DNA from: an uncultured Pseudomonadales bacterium
GTDB lineage: Bacteria; Pseudomonadota; Gammaproteobacteria; Pseudomonadales; UBA7434
Assembly: GCA_964504585.1 (NCBI GenBank)
Contig: CAZDEW010000002.1
Coordinates: forward strand, 33,862 to 97,861
Direction: 5' to 3'
DNA: 64,000 nt
Below the pieces are notes generated by a model. It did no database searches, had not been told where the DNA came from, and saw nothing but the letters and a program-made list of their open reading frames with translations. Positions 28,472 to 37,119 of the stretch are shown here, one piece after another (within the stretch, counting starts at the first letter, position 1; each line of letters begins with the position of its first letter). The position numbers and the translations under genes were made by a program.

Positions 28472-29356
28472 ATGAGTGATTTCCAAGGTAAGACCGCAGT
28501 CATTAGTGGTGGTGCGGAAGGTATCGGACTGAGTATTGCCAGAGCGGTCGGCAAGCGCGGCATGAATGTTGTGATTGGCGATATTGACGCAGAGCAAATG
28601 GCGCAAGCCGAAAAAACACTTGGCGCCGAGGGTGTTGAGGTTCTCTGCGTTAATCTGGATGTCAGCAAGATAGAGATGTGGGAGTCGCTGGTCGCACAAG
28701 CGACGGATCGGTTTGGAAACATTCATATGCTGGTTAACAATGCCGGTGTTGGTGGCACACCGGGTACTGTCGAACAGGCAACCCAGAAAGATTGGGAGTG
28801 GGTGGTTGACGTCAACTTACTCGGTGTTGTGTACGGCGCTAAGGTCGTTGTGCCGCAAATTAAGCAACACGGTGAAGGTGGCTGGGTGATCAACACGGCC
28901 TCTATGGCCGGCATGATGGGTGTTCCGATGGCGCAGGCTTACACTGGCACCAAGGTAGCGGTGGTCGGCATGTCTGAAAGCTGGTTTCAGGAGCTTAAGC
29001 CACAGAATATTCATGTGTCGGTGCTCTGTCCCGCTTTCGTTAAAACCCGTATTCACGAGTCTTATCGCAACCGTCAGTCCGAGTATGGCGAGGCGGATAT
29101 GAGTGAACTTGACGAAACGCAAATAGCGATTGCCAAGCACATGCAAAAGGTTGTTGAGAACGGCATCGATGTCGATCTCGTAGGTGAGCGGGTGGTCGAA
29201 GCGATCCAGCAGGGCGAACTTTATATTTTCACCCACCCCAACTATCGCAAAGTTTTGCAGCGCCGCGCGAAGGCAGTCGATGATGCCTTTGCCCGCGCAG
29301 CGCAGTCGCCACTGTTGCAGGATCTGCTCGATCTTCCTGTGGACGACTTTAGCTAA
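28472..29356 (+). CDS. SDR-family oxidoreductase
   Basis: 294 aa. Motifs GGAEGIG, NNAG, YTGTK. Confidence 0.8.
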   Translation: MSDFQGKTAVISGGAEGIGLSIARAVGKRGMNVVIGDIDAEQMAQAEKTLGAEGVEVLCVNLDVSKIEMWESLVAQATDRFGNIHMLVNNAGVGGTPGTVEQATQKDWEWVVDVNLLGVVYGAKVVVPQIKQHGEGGWVINTASMAGMMGVPMAQAYTGTKVAVVGMSESWFQELKPQNIHVSVLCPAFVKTRIHESYRNRQSEYGEADMSELDETQIAIAKHMQKVVENGIDVDLVGERVVEAIQQGELYIFTHPNYRKVLQRRAKAVDDAFARAAQSPLLQDLLDLPVDDFS

Positions 29357-29410
29357 TAGCCAGTTAAAATCCGGATAGAAATTTTTCAACGTCAAATAGA
29401 GAGAGTTACT

Positions 29411-30580
29411 ATGTCTGATCGTCAATACGGTATCGTCGTCTACGGTGCCACAGGTTACACAGGTCGCCTGGTGTGCGAATACCTGAACAATCAATACGGC
29501 GTCAATGGAGAAGTGAATTGGGCAATGGCAGGCCGCAGTATGGACAAGCTCGAACAGGTCCGTGACGAGATGGGTATACCGGGTGACGTGCCGCTTGTGG
29601 TTGCGGATTCAGGCAGCCAGGACTCTATCGACGCGATGGTCAAGAGCACGGATGTATTACTGACAACGGTAGGACCCTACCAGCTCTATGGCAGCGATGT
29701 GGTCAAAGCCTGCGTTGATGCAGGTACTGATTATGTTGACCTCTGCGGTGAGCCCGCCTGGATGCATGAAATGATCGGGAAATACAATGACGCAGCGAAA
29801 GCCAGTGGCGCGAGAATTGTATTCTCAACCGGCTTCGATTCGATTCCCTTTGACTGTGGTGTTTACTATCTCCAGCAGCATGCTAAAGCGACCCTGGGAT
29901 CTTCGGTACCACGCATTAAGGGCCGCGTGCGAGCGATGAAGGGCACGTTCTCCGGTGGAACCATGGCCAGCTTTAAGGAAACGATGGCAGCGGCAGGGCG
30001 TAACCCCGAGTTGATCAACGTTCTGATTAATCCATTCTCTTTGAGTGAAGGCTTCACAGGGCCGGCACAGCCACCTGGCAATAAGCCGCTCTTCGAAGAA
30101 GATTTGGGTAGCTGGTCGGCACCGTTTGTGATGGCAAGCATTAATACAAAGAATATCCATCGCTCGAATTTTCTGCTCGGTCACGAGTATGGTGAAGACT
30201 TTGTGTATGATGAAATGATGTTCACGGGCCCGGGCGACGAAGGCGAGAAGATCGCTAACATGGTCGCTCAGGATAAATCGATGGCCGAGAGCAAGCTCAA
30301 GCCCGGTGAGGGCCCGAGTAAAGAAGAGCGCGAAACTGGCCTCTACGATGTGCTTTTCATCGGCAGCAATGAAAAAGGTGAACTCGTGAAGGCCAGCGTC
30401 AAAGGCGACATGGACCCTGGCTATGGTTCAACCTCAAAAATGATCGCCGAGAGCGCGGTGTGCTTACACAAAAATCCGGATCTCGCGAGTGGCGGCCTCT
30501 GGACGCCCGCGGCAGCAATGGGTACGGCGTTGATCGAGCGTCTGGAAGCCAATGCAGGGCTTACCTTCGCCGTCGAATAA
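29411..30580 (+). CDS. saccharopine dehydrogenase-like NAD(P)-binding oxidoreductase
   Basis: 389 aa. IVVYGATGYTGRLVCEYL Rossmann N-terminus typical of the family. Confidence 0.65.
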   Translation: MSDRQYGIVVYGATGYTGRLVCEYLNNQYGVNGEVNWAMAGRSMDKLEQVRDEMGIPGDVPLVVADSGSQDSIDAMVKSTDVLLTTVGPYQLYGSDVVKACVDAGTDYVDLCGEPAWMHEMIGKYNDAAKASGARIVFSTGFDSIPFDCGVYYLQQHAKATLGSSVPRIKGRVRAMKGTFSGGTMASFKETMAAAGRNPELINVLINPFSLSEGFTGPAQPPGNKPLFEEDLGSWSAPFVMASINTKNIHRSNFLLGHEYGEDFVYDEMMFTGPGDEGEKIANMVAQDKSMAESKLKPGEGPSKEERETGLYDVLFIGSNEKGELVKASVKGDMDPGYGSTSKMIAESAVCLHKNPDLASGGLWTPAAAMGTALIERLEANAGLTFAVE

Positions 30581-30606
30581 TCTTCTTTTCTGCTACGCTT
30601 ATAAAA

Positions 30607-30641
30607 GAGCGCGGGACCTTCGGGTTCCGCGCTTTTTTGTT
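30607..30641 (+). terminator. rho-independent terminator
   Basis: GCGCGGGACC-TTCG-GGTTCCGCGC hairpin followed by TTTTTTGTTTTT, 27 nt after the stop at 30580. Confidence 0.8.
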
Positions 30642-30715
30642 TTTCCAAGCGCGAATTCGCCAAGCTGGATAGCACAGAAGGTTAAGCATGGCTTTGGCGA
30701 TTGAGGATCGACTGG

Positions 30716-31192
30716 ATGAGAACTAGAGTTTTGGGTCCCAGACTAGTGTTGCTGCTACTTCTGATCGGCCTCACTTCCTGTGGCTTGTTCAGGCTGGCAG
30801 ATTACGATCAACGGGCCTATGAGAATGCAACTTATCTCAAGGCTAAAACAGTCGCACTGCTGAATTCTATTGGCTTGGGCTGTGAAATTGATGAGTCTGC
30901 GATTTCCGAGTGGCGCCTTGCCATGGAAGCTGCCTACGAATATGCAAATGGTATAGCGCATAATAATGAAGCCGCTTTGAACTGGCGAACCTTGATCGAC
31001 GATATCGCTGTGAGTCCAATCACTGCATGCCGCGATCTTCTGGCAGATGACGATTCACCTTCAACAAACCTGTCGAAGGCATTTTTTACCGAGGCATTGC
31101 ATCAGACACGTCAAGGCTTTGATGTACTGATCTGCCTTGAGGCGAATAAGCGTAGGGCATCCAGCTGCGCCACTCTGGTTAATGCAGAGTAG
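30716..31192 (+). CDS. hypothetical lipoprotein
   Basis: ORF 30701-31192. ATG 30716 gives MRTRVLGPRLVLLLLLIGLTSCG (lipobox LTSC). No recognisable domain. Confidence 0.5.
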   Translation: MRTRVLGPRLVLLLLLIGLTSCGLFRLADYDQRAYENATYLKAKTVALLNSIGLGCEIDESAISEWRLAMEAAYEYANGIAHNNEAALNWRTLIDDIAVSPITACRDLLADDDSPSTNLSKAFFTEALHQTRQGFDVLICLEANKRRASSCATLVNAE

Positions 31193-31245
31193 CCCATCGG
31201 GTGTTGGCTACCAGCCACTAAAACTACAGCTCTAAAGGAGGGCCA

Positions 31246-31572
31246 ATGAGTCGCTTCGACGATTATCTGAGAACGATACAGCGCGGCAGTCGCAAGCTTG
31301 TGCGGCGGACGCTGTCTAAAGGCGCCGAGCAGGGTCGAAGAATTGTCGAGGACCATCTAGAGCAGTCTGAAGATAAGTTGCGTCGATGGACCTCGCTGCT
31401 CGCGAACGGGGAGTTGACCGAAGCGGAGTTTAAGCTTCTGGTCAATAACCAGATCTCGTTAGGGCGAATGAAGCTACGTACGGTGGAGGTGATTGGCAAG
31501 CGTGCCGCCATAGATTTGCGAGATGGCTTGCGCGAATTGCTAGTGGATGCAGCATTTGCCGTGTTTCTTTAG
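31246..31572 (+). CDS. hypothetical protein
   Basis: 108 aa. Strong RBS AAAGGAGGG before the ATG. Helical, charged sequence with no recognised family. Confidence 0.45.
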   Translation: MSRFDDYLRTIQRGSRKLVRRTLSKGAEQGRRIVEDHLEQSEDKLRRWTSLLANGELTEAEFKLLVNNQISLGRMKLRTVEVIGKRAAIDLRDGLRELLVDAAFAVFL

Positions 31573-31609
31573 TCTGCTGCCTTAGGCCGGATGCCTTTGA
31601 TTGCTCGAA

Positions 31610-32596
31610 TCAAAAGTAATAATCGGCAAGCTCAATCGCTGAAAGGTAGGCGCCCTCTACGCGACCTCCCGCAAGCCAGTCGCCGATAACGGCCACGCCT
31701 TCGTCGGCATCGGCAATGATCTTCCCGGTCTCGGCGGTGCTGGCTGGTATCGCATAGCGCCAGTAGTGGCTAACATAATGCCTAAGGCTCAGCGGCGTAT
31801 CGCTGTGATCACGTAGCGTCGCGTTGAGCCAGTCCAGACCCTCGCTGGCGAACATATCGTCTGGCATATGTTCATGACGTATCGACCAGTTGTTACTGAA
31901 ATGCAACATCCAGACATCATCATATGCATCGGTAACGGGCGTTTCCCGTTTGCTCGATAGCCTTGATAGCCAGCTCACCGTATCGCCACCGAAGACGCCT
32001 TGAATCATGCTATTGACCCGGCCCTTTGTTGCAATGCCGAGTGCCCTGCAGGGTAGGTGGATATTGACAGGGATGCGATCGGCTAGGGCTGTTTCGGCAA
32101 GTATCAGTCGGCTTTGCTCGGCTGGTGCGCTAGATACCACCCACCGATACCCATCAGCAATAATGTTTTGACGGGCATCGAGCAGCTGCCAGCCTTCCTT
32201 CTGTTTGCGTATCGATTCGATCCGGGTATCGCGATGGGTGTTGAGACCGCCCGCGAGCGAATGTGCCATGCCGTTCATACCGGGCATGCCAACATAGCGG
32301 CTCTGACTATCGGCTGATGGCTTTAGTTCGCCATCGGTCAATTTGTAGGGCGTGAAATCCCAGCGCGCAACAACTCCCAGCTCCAGCCATTGCTCGACCT
32401 GTGTCTTGAAGCGCGAATCTCTGGCGGTGAAATACTGAGCACCGATATCGAGATTCGCCCAGGGCAAACGCTTCACCGCCAGGCGGCCACCAAGACCCCG
32501 GGACTTTTCAAAAACGTCGACCGCTATACCTCGCGTACTCAGTGCTCTAGCCAGGGTCAGGCCAGAGAGTCCGGCTCCGATGATGGCGACGCGCAT
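31610..32596 (-). CDS. NAD(P)/FAD-dependent oxidoreductase (amine-oxidase/renalase-like)
   Basis: ORF 31610-32686. Preferred Met at 32596 (MRVAIIGAGLSGLTLARAL, a dinucleotide-binding motif), preceded by AGGAAGG. Confidence 0.75.
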   Translation of the reverse strand: MRVAIIGAGLSGLTLARALSTRGIAVDVFEKSRGLGGRLAVKRLPWANLDIGAQYFTARDSRFKTQVEQWLELGVVARWDFTPYKLTDGELKPSADSQSRYVGMPGMNGMAHSLAGGLNTHRDTRIESIRKQKEGWQLLDARQNIIADGYRWVVSSAPAEQSRLILAETALADRIPVNIHLPCRALGIATKGRVNSMIQGVFGGDTVSWLSRLSSKRETPVTDAYDDVWMLHFSNNWSIRHEHMPDDMFASEGLDWLNATLRDHSDTPLSLRHYVSHYWRYAIPASTAETGKIIADADEGVAVIGDWLAGGRVEGAYLSAIELADYYF

Positions 32597-33036
32597 GGCT
32601 AGCCTTCCTTTCCGGTCGGGTTGTGTGATGAAATCGTCATGAGCATTGTGGATCGCATGAGTGATGGCCCTGTTTTCGCCAAGCACTATGAGATACGCCC
32701 TGGCGTTGATTGGGGTTCAACAATTAGCCAATCTCGTTGGACCTGTAAATCATTCCGGGGCTAAGCGGAGTTTGTACAGAGCTTTGCATATGTTGAGGCG
32801 ATATTTTCGCGTCGGGGTTTCGGCTCAGGCTCAGTGTATATGGTGCTGCTAGCTCATCGATTCGCGATCTGTTATCGTTCCGGAAGTTCCAGGGCGGTCG
32901 CAAAATAAGATGGCAATAAATTTTGGTGTGGCAGAGAATTTCCGGCTTCGATTTGAGTCGAAGGCGTATCCAAAAAAAGCGTTAACGCCTGTTTGCAGGG
33001 GCATGTCGCTATAAAAATAGTTACGGGTGTATTTCT

Positions 33037-33204
33037 ATGCGAAAAATCGCTGTTGCCGATTGGGATTCTCTGGGCGACCGACAGCCTGCTTATGCATTAG
33101 TCGCGAACATTGATCTGGTTATTGTGCGTTTTGATGATCAGGTGTCGGTTCTCTACGGTCGATGCGCTCACCTCGGTGCGCTAAGGCGTCTGCGTGAGCG
33201 ATAA
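33037..33204 (+). pseudogene. truncated remnant of a Rieske [2Fe-2S]-domain gene
   Basis: Own translation: MRKIAVADWDSLGDRQPAYALVANIDLVIVRFDDQVSVLYGRCAHLGALRRLRER*. It contains the first Rieske box (C-x-H) but stops before the second (C-x-x-H). No continuation was seen in the other frames. Confidence 0.4.
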
Positions 33205-33346
33205 ACAGTCGCTTGACGCTGCAATCGATAAGGCAATCGCGCCCCCGGGCCATCCTTGGTCGAGATCATGACTGACGTGCAGCTGGTTTAGAGCTTTTCC
33301 CTACGAGCCGACTGATGTTAGCTGAGAAGGCTAGTTGACTGACCAA

Positions 33347-33772
33347 TTATTCACTGTAATTCTGGATTTCGCTCTGCTTCAGGCAGCCGTATTCGTCGGT
33401 GTCGGCAAAGGAGCGAAAAATCTCCCAGCGCTGGCCTGATGGGGCGCGACTCCAAAATTTTTCCGAAAGAGAATAGCAGCAGTTGGTTTTGCCGATGTTC
33501 ATTGTCTCAGCGCCACTTTTTTCCAGTCTCTCCTGAATCGCTGATATCGCTTCCCGGTTATCCACCTCGATACCTAGATGGTGGATGCCAGCCTCGGAAC
33601 AGGAGCCGTGTACTGGCTCAAGAACAAAATTCACCGCCGGGTCCTGCAGCGACCACTTGGCATAGTCTGCCTTTAACTTGTCTGGTGCGGCGTTGAAAAG
33701 CGTGCTGTAGTATGACACCGCTGGCTCAAACGCCTTTGCCTCGGTGTTGATGTGGATATGTAGTCTGGCCAT
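33347..33772 (-). CDS. ArsI/CadI-family glyoxalase-fold metalloenzyme (candidate C-As lyase)
   Basis: 141 aa. LHIHINT start, HHLGIEV, vicinal Cys pair in GKTNCCYSLSEKFW. Lies downstream of the ArsR-family gene. Confidence 0.7.
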   Translation of the reverse strand: MARLHIHINTEAKAFEPAVSYYSTLFNAAPDKLKADYAKWSLQDPAVNFVLEPVHGSCSEAGIHHLGIEVDNREAISAIQERLEKSGAETMNIGKTNCCYSLSEKFWSRAPSGQRWEIFRSFADTDEYGCLKQSEIQNYSE

Positions 33773-33869
33773 AGCAAAGCTCTCCCGAGAGTCTGCTGAA
33801 CAATATATGCAAATATGTGCATAAATGCAAATATTAAGCGAGCAGAAGCGGTTTGTTTTACATTCGCGT

Positions 33870-34208
33870 TCAGCAGGCCTTTGTCGAGCAGTTTTCCAAA
33901 GCGTCGGCCAAAGCTCTCAGGTTCTCTGCAAGTTGATGCGCGTCGAGTTGATAGTGCGTTTCTCTACCCACTTTATTTGCCGAAAGAACGCCGGCGTCCC
34001 TGAGTTGTTTGAGGTGGCGCGAAACACCAGAGAAGTCTATGCCGCAACACTCATTCAGTGAGGAGACAGTACTGGGATCTCTTTTGCAGGCCAGCTGAGC
34101 CACGATCGCGACTCTTACAGGGTCGGCCAATGCCTTGAATAAACTGGCATCGAGCATCTTTTCGAGGTTTTTTTGCTGAGAAGTTTTGGTAGATCTTGTG
34201 CGGGACAT
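33870..34208 (-). CDS. ArsR/SmtB-family metalloregulator
   Basis: 112 aa. LADPVRVAIVAQL...ECCGIDFSGVSRHLKQLRDAGV wHTH. Vicinal Cys in the metal-site region and a C-terminal CSTKAC. Confidence 0.85.
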   Translation of the reverse strand: MSRTRSTKTSQQKNLEKMLDASLFKALADPVRVAIVAQLACKRDPSTVSSLNECCGIDFSGVSRHLKQLRDAGVLSANKVGRETHYQLDAHQLAENLRALADALENCSTKAC

Positions 34209-34475
34209 GTTAAAGCTATTCCAGTTCTGGTCGAGACTTTATCTAGCATATTGTTGTGATCATATAGCTTGAACCTGTTGCTCGCAATACATGCTCGCCC
34301 GCTATGAAAGTGTGAAGGAGTTAAAAAAAATCGAAAATTCGGCGGGTGTTTTCGCTGTTTCTTAAACGGCGTTTTGCCTGAATCGCTGAGACGAGGAGGG
34401 GCTACCTATACTCAATGCAAAGATCGTTGCAGCGCAGCGGTCGTTGCAGATTTTTGAGAATGTATAGGGACGAAC

Positions 34476-35111
34476 GTGAAGAAACTAAGGCTCCAGATGT
34501 GCATCTCCCTGTTAGTCAGCTTGTTGGGCTTCATTGCTCCCGTGCAAGCTAGTCTGATCATCAATGGGAGTTTTGAAAATAATGATGTCCGGGAAGGTGG
34601 CTGGCGCTGGTTTGAATCGTCCAATGTCGATGGCTGGCAGGGCGGCAATATTGAAATTTGGGATGGGCTGGGAGGCGTTGAAGCATTCGCCGGTCAGCAG
34701 CATGCGGAGTTAAATGCTCATCCCAATAATGGCGAAGCCTTTTCTATCTTTCAGCAGTTTGAGACAGAGATCGGTAGAACCTATGATTTATCCTTTGCCT
34801 ATCAGGCGAGAAGGAATAATCGCGAAGCTTTTCGAGTAGAGGTTGTCGGAGATGACTCGTTGATTGATTTTGTGGTTGACGATCACGTGCGCGGAATATG
34901 GAGTATTTTCGAGCATGGTTTTACCGCAAACTCTTCTCAAACCCTGCTTCGTTTCACTTCGGTCTTTCCCGAGAGCAACACGGTTGGTAACTTCCTCGAT
35001 GACGTTTCTGTAAGCGCAGTGATTCCGCTACCCGCCACGGCATGGCTTTTTCTAAGCGCCTTTTTGCCACTCTCGCTGATGCGAATGATCAAGCCTGCTT
35101 CACAAGCCTAG
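34476..35111 (+). CDS. secreted DUF642-like jelly-roll protein with a VPLPA-CTERM-like sorting tail
   Basis: 211 aa with a GTG start and signal peptide ...APVQA. NGSFEN...GW...IEIW...QHAELN...IFQQFET..GRTYDLSFAYQAR pattern. C-terminus IPLPATAWLFLSAFLPLSLMRMIKP. Confidence 0.6.
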   Translation: MKKLRLQMCISLLVSLLGFIAPVQASLIINGSFENNDVREGGWRWFESSNVDGWQGGNIEIWDGLGGVEAFAGQQHAELNAHPNNGEAFSIFQQFETEIGRTYDLSFAYQARRNNREAFRVEVVGDDSLIDFVVDDHVRGIWSIFEHGFTANSSQTLLRFTSVFPESNTVGNFLDDVSVSAVIPLPATAWLFLSAFLPLSLMRMIKPASQA

Positions 35112-35902
35112 TCGGATTTTCCGGTAAAGCTTTCGATTGCGGCCTGATAGTCTTCGCTGTGTTGCATCAAAAGTAGCTGGTCTGAGTCCATATAGCTGAC
35201 TGCGTGATTCAAGGCATTGGCTGCAACGTTGATTGCTTCCTTGCACATGCGCATTGGTATTGCCGGCATTCGCTCTATTTTTGTCGCCAGCTCCATCGCT
35301 GTCTCTAGCGCTAGGCCTGCCTTACAACCGTAGTCTGCCCACCCCCAGTCTAGTGCGCTGGCCATGTTGACCTTGTCTGCGAGAAGAAACATACGCTTGG
35401 TTTTGGCAGGACCAATTAGGCTGACCGACCTTGGAACACTCTGCCAGCTCATGTTCATACCCCGTTCAATTTCGGGAACATAGATCATGGCGGTCTCGCT
35501 GCAAATGCGAAAATCGGCGGCCAGCGAAAGGGCAACGCCGCCACCCACGCAGGGGCCTTCAATTGCAGCAAAGGTAACTGCTTCGATATCCTCCCAGGCT
35601 TTACACATTTTCGCCCCGAGCTGGGCCATCTCACGGCGGCTCTGCATATCATGCGACTCGGCTTCAAGCTGAACCAGTTCCATCAGATTCATCCCGCCGC
35701 AAAAGATCGCTGACTGCCCGCTAAGGATGACAGCGGCGATGGATGGATCGCCGTTGATTTCTAGCGCGAGCGACCTGAGTTCCCGCAAAGTGGACATCGA
35801 TAGCACGTTGGCCTTGTGTTTTGTGTCAATTGTGACAGCAAGCGTATTGTTCGTGCGCGTTATCGATAGCTGGGTGAAGGCTGTTGTATCTAGCATAGGC
35901 AT
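35108..35902 (-). CDS. enoyl-CoA hydratase/isomerase family protein
   Basis: ORF 35108-36016. The start is probably an internal Met (MPMLDTT, 35902), giving a crotonase-size protein. Motifs FCGGMNL and IEGPCVGGGVALSLAADFRI. Confidence 0.7.
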   Translation of the reverse strand: MPMLDTTAFTQLSITRTNNTLAVTIDTKHKANVLSMSTLRELRSLALEINGDPSIAAVILSGQSAIFCGGMNLMELVQLEAESHDMQSRREMAQLGAKMCKAWEDIEAVTFAAIEGPCVGGGVALSLAADFRICSETAMIYVPEIERGMNMSWQSVPRSVSLIGPAKTKRMFLLADKVNMASALDWGWADYGCKAGLALETAMELATKIERMPAIPMRMCKEAINVAANALNHAVSYMDSDQLLLMQHSEDYQAAIESFTGKSD

Positions 35903-36051
35903 CGAGAGAAGCTGTGTGAGCGTTAAGCGGTGAGGCGTTTTCCATGATATTCGCTTTAGGCGCGATAGTAAAAAGGCTTGGGTTGAGTCAATGAGGTGGT
36001 TACAATAGGCGCGCAACCCGAACTATTTTCGCCCGATACACAAGCCCCTAC

Positions 36052-37119
36052 ATGTTGCTACTTGCCATTTTTGTGCTCATTGCACTGGTTTTCTCTTTTC
36101 TGTGCTCGATCGCGGAGGCGGTTATTCTCAGCGTCAGTACGCCTTATGTCGCCGCGCTAGAAAGAGAGGGTAAACCGGCGGCAAAGCGTCTGCAGAAGTT
36201 GAAAAGCAATATCAATGAACCGCTCGCAGTAATCCTCACGCTCAATACTATCGCTCACACAGTTGGGGCGGCGGGTGCCGGAGCGCAGGCCTTGGTGGTT
36301 TTTGGGAGCGCCTATGCGGGGCTGTTCACTGCAGTACTAACGCTGTTCATATTAGTATTTTCTGAAATCATCCCCAAGGCTATGGGGGCGCAGTATTGGC
36401 GAAGCCTGGCACCAGTGACTAGTTATTGCTTGGTAAAGATTATTACAGTGCTGTATCCATTTGTTTGGCTTTCTGACTTTTTGACTAAAGGATTTACCGG
36501 CCACGCGCACGGTGTTTCTGGCTTTAGTCGTCAGGAATTCGCCGCGATGGCGGAGCTTGGCGAAAGTGAAGGTCAGCTTGCAGAGAACGAAGCGCTCGTG
36601 CTAAAAAATGTTTTTTCACTGCAGGAGCTGCGCGTGCGTGAAGTGATGACACCGCGCACGGTCATGTTTTCGCTAGATGCTGAAATGACAGTTGGCGATG
36701 CTGTTCAGCTGATTAAAGAACGCGGTTTCTCCAGAATTCCTATCTTCTCAGAGCCAGACCAGATCACCGGCTTTGTACTGCGCGTGGATGTACTGCTGGC
36801 AAATGTTGAAGGTAAGCAGGATCAGCCGCTCAAGAATTATCGACGTGAACTGCATGCGGTACTTGATAAGACTCGGACCTTGACGGCCTTCACCGAGATT
36901 ATAGAGAAGGGCGCTCACCTGCTGCTTGTCGTTGACGAGTACGGCTCAACGCAGGGGCTGCTCTCGTTGGAAGATCTTCTGGAAACCTTGCTGGGTATTG
37001 AGATCACTGACGAGAGTGATTCGGTTGCAGACTTGCAGGCGCTGGCGCGCCGCTATGGTCGCCTGCGAAGAAAACGCATGGGACTTGAGGTCGAGGAACC
37101 GAAGCCAGAAGCGGAGTGA
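36052..37119 (+). CDS. CNNM/CorC-type transporter-associated protein (DUF21 + CBS pair)
   Basis: 355 aa. N-terminal 4-TM DUF21-like region, then a CBS-pair region (VREVMTPR..., GFSRIPIF). Confidence 0.8.
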   Translation: MLLLAIFVLIALVFSFLCSIAEAVILSVSTPYVAALEREGKPAAKRLQKLKSNINEPLAVILTLNTIAHTVGAAGAGAQALVVFGSAYAGLFTAVLTLFILVFSEIIPKAMGAQYWRSLAPVTSYCLVKIITVLYPFVWLSDFLTKGFTGHAHGVSGFSRQEFAAMAELGESEGQLAENEALVLKNVFSLQELRVREVMTPRTVMFSLDAEMTVGDAVQLIKERGFSRIPIFSEPDQITGFVLRVDVLLANVEGKQDQPLKNYRRELHAVLDKTRTLTAFTEIIEKGAHLLLVVDEYGSTQGLLSLEDLLETLLGIEITDESDSVADLQALARRYGRLRRKRMGLEVEEPKPEAE

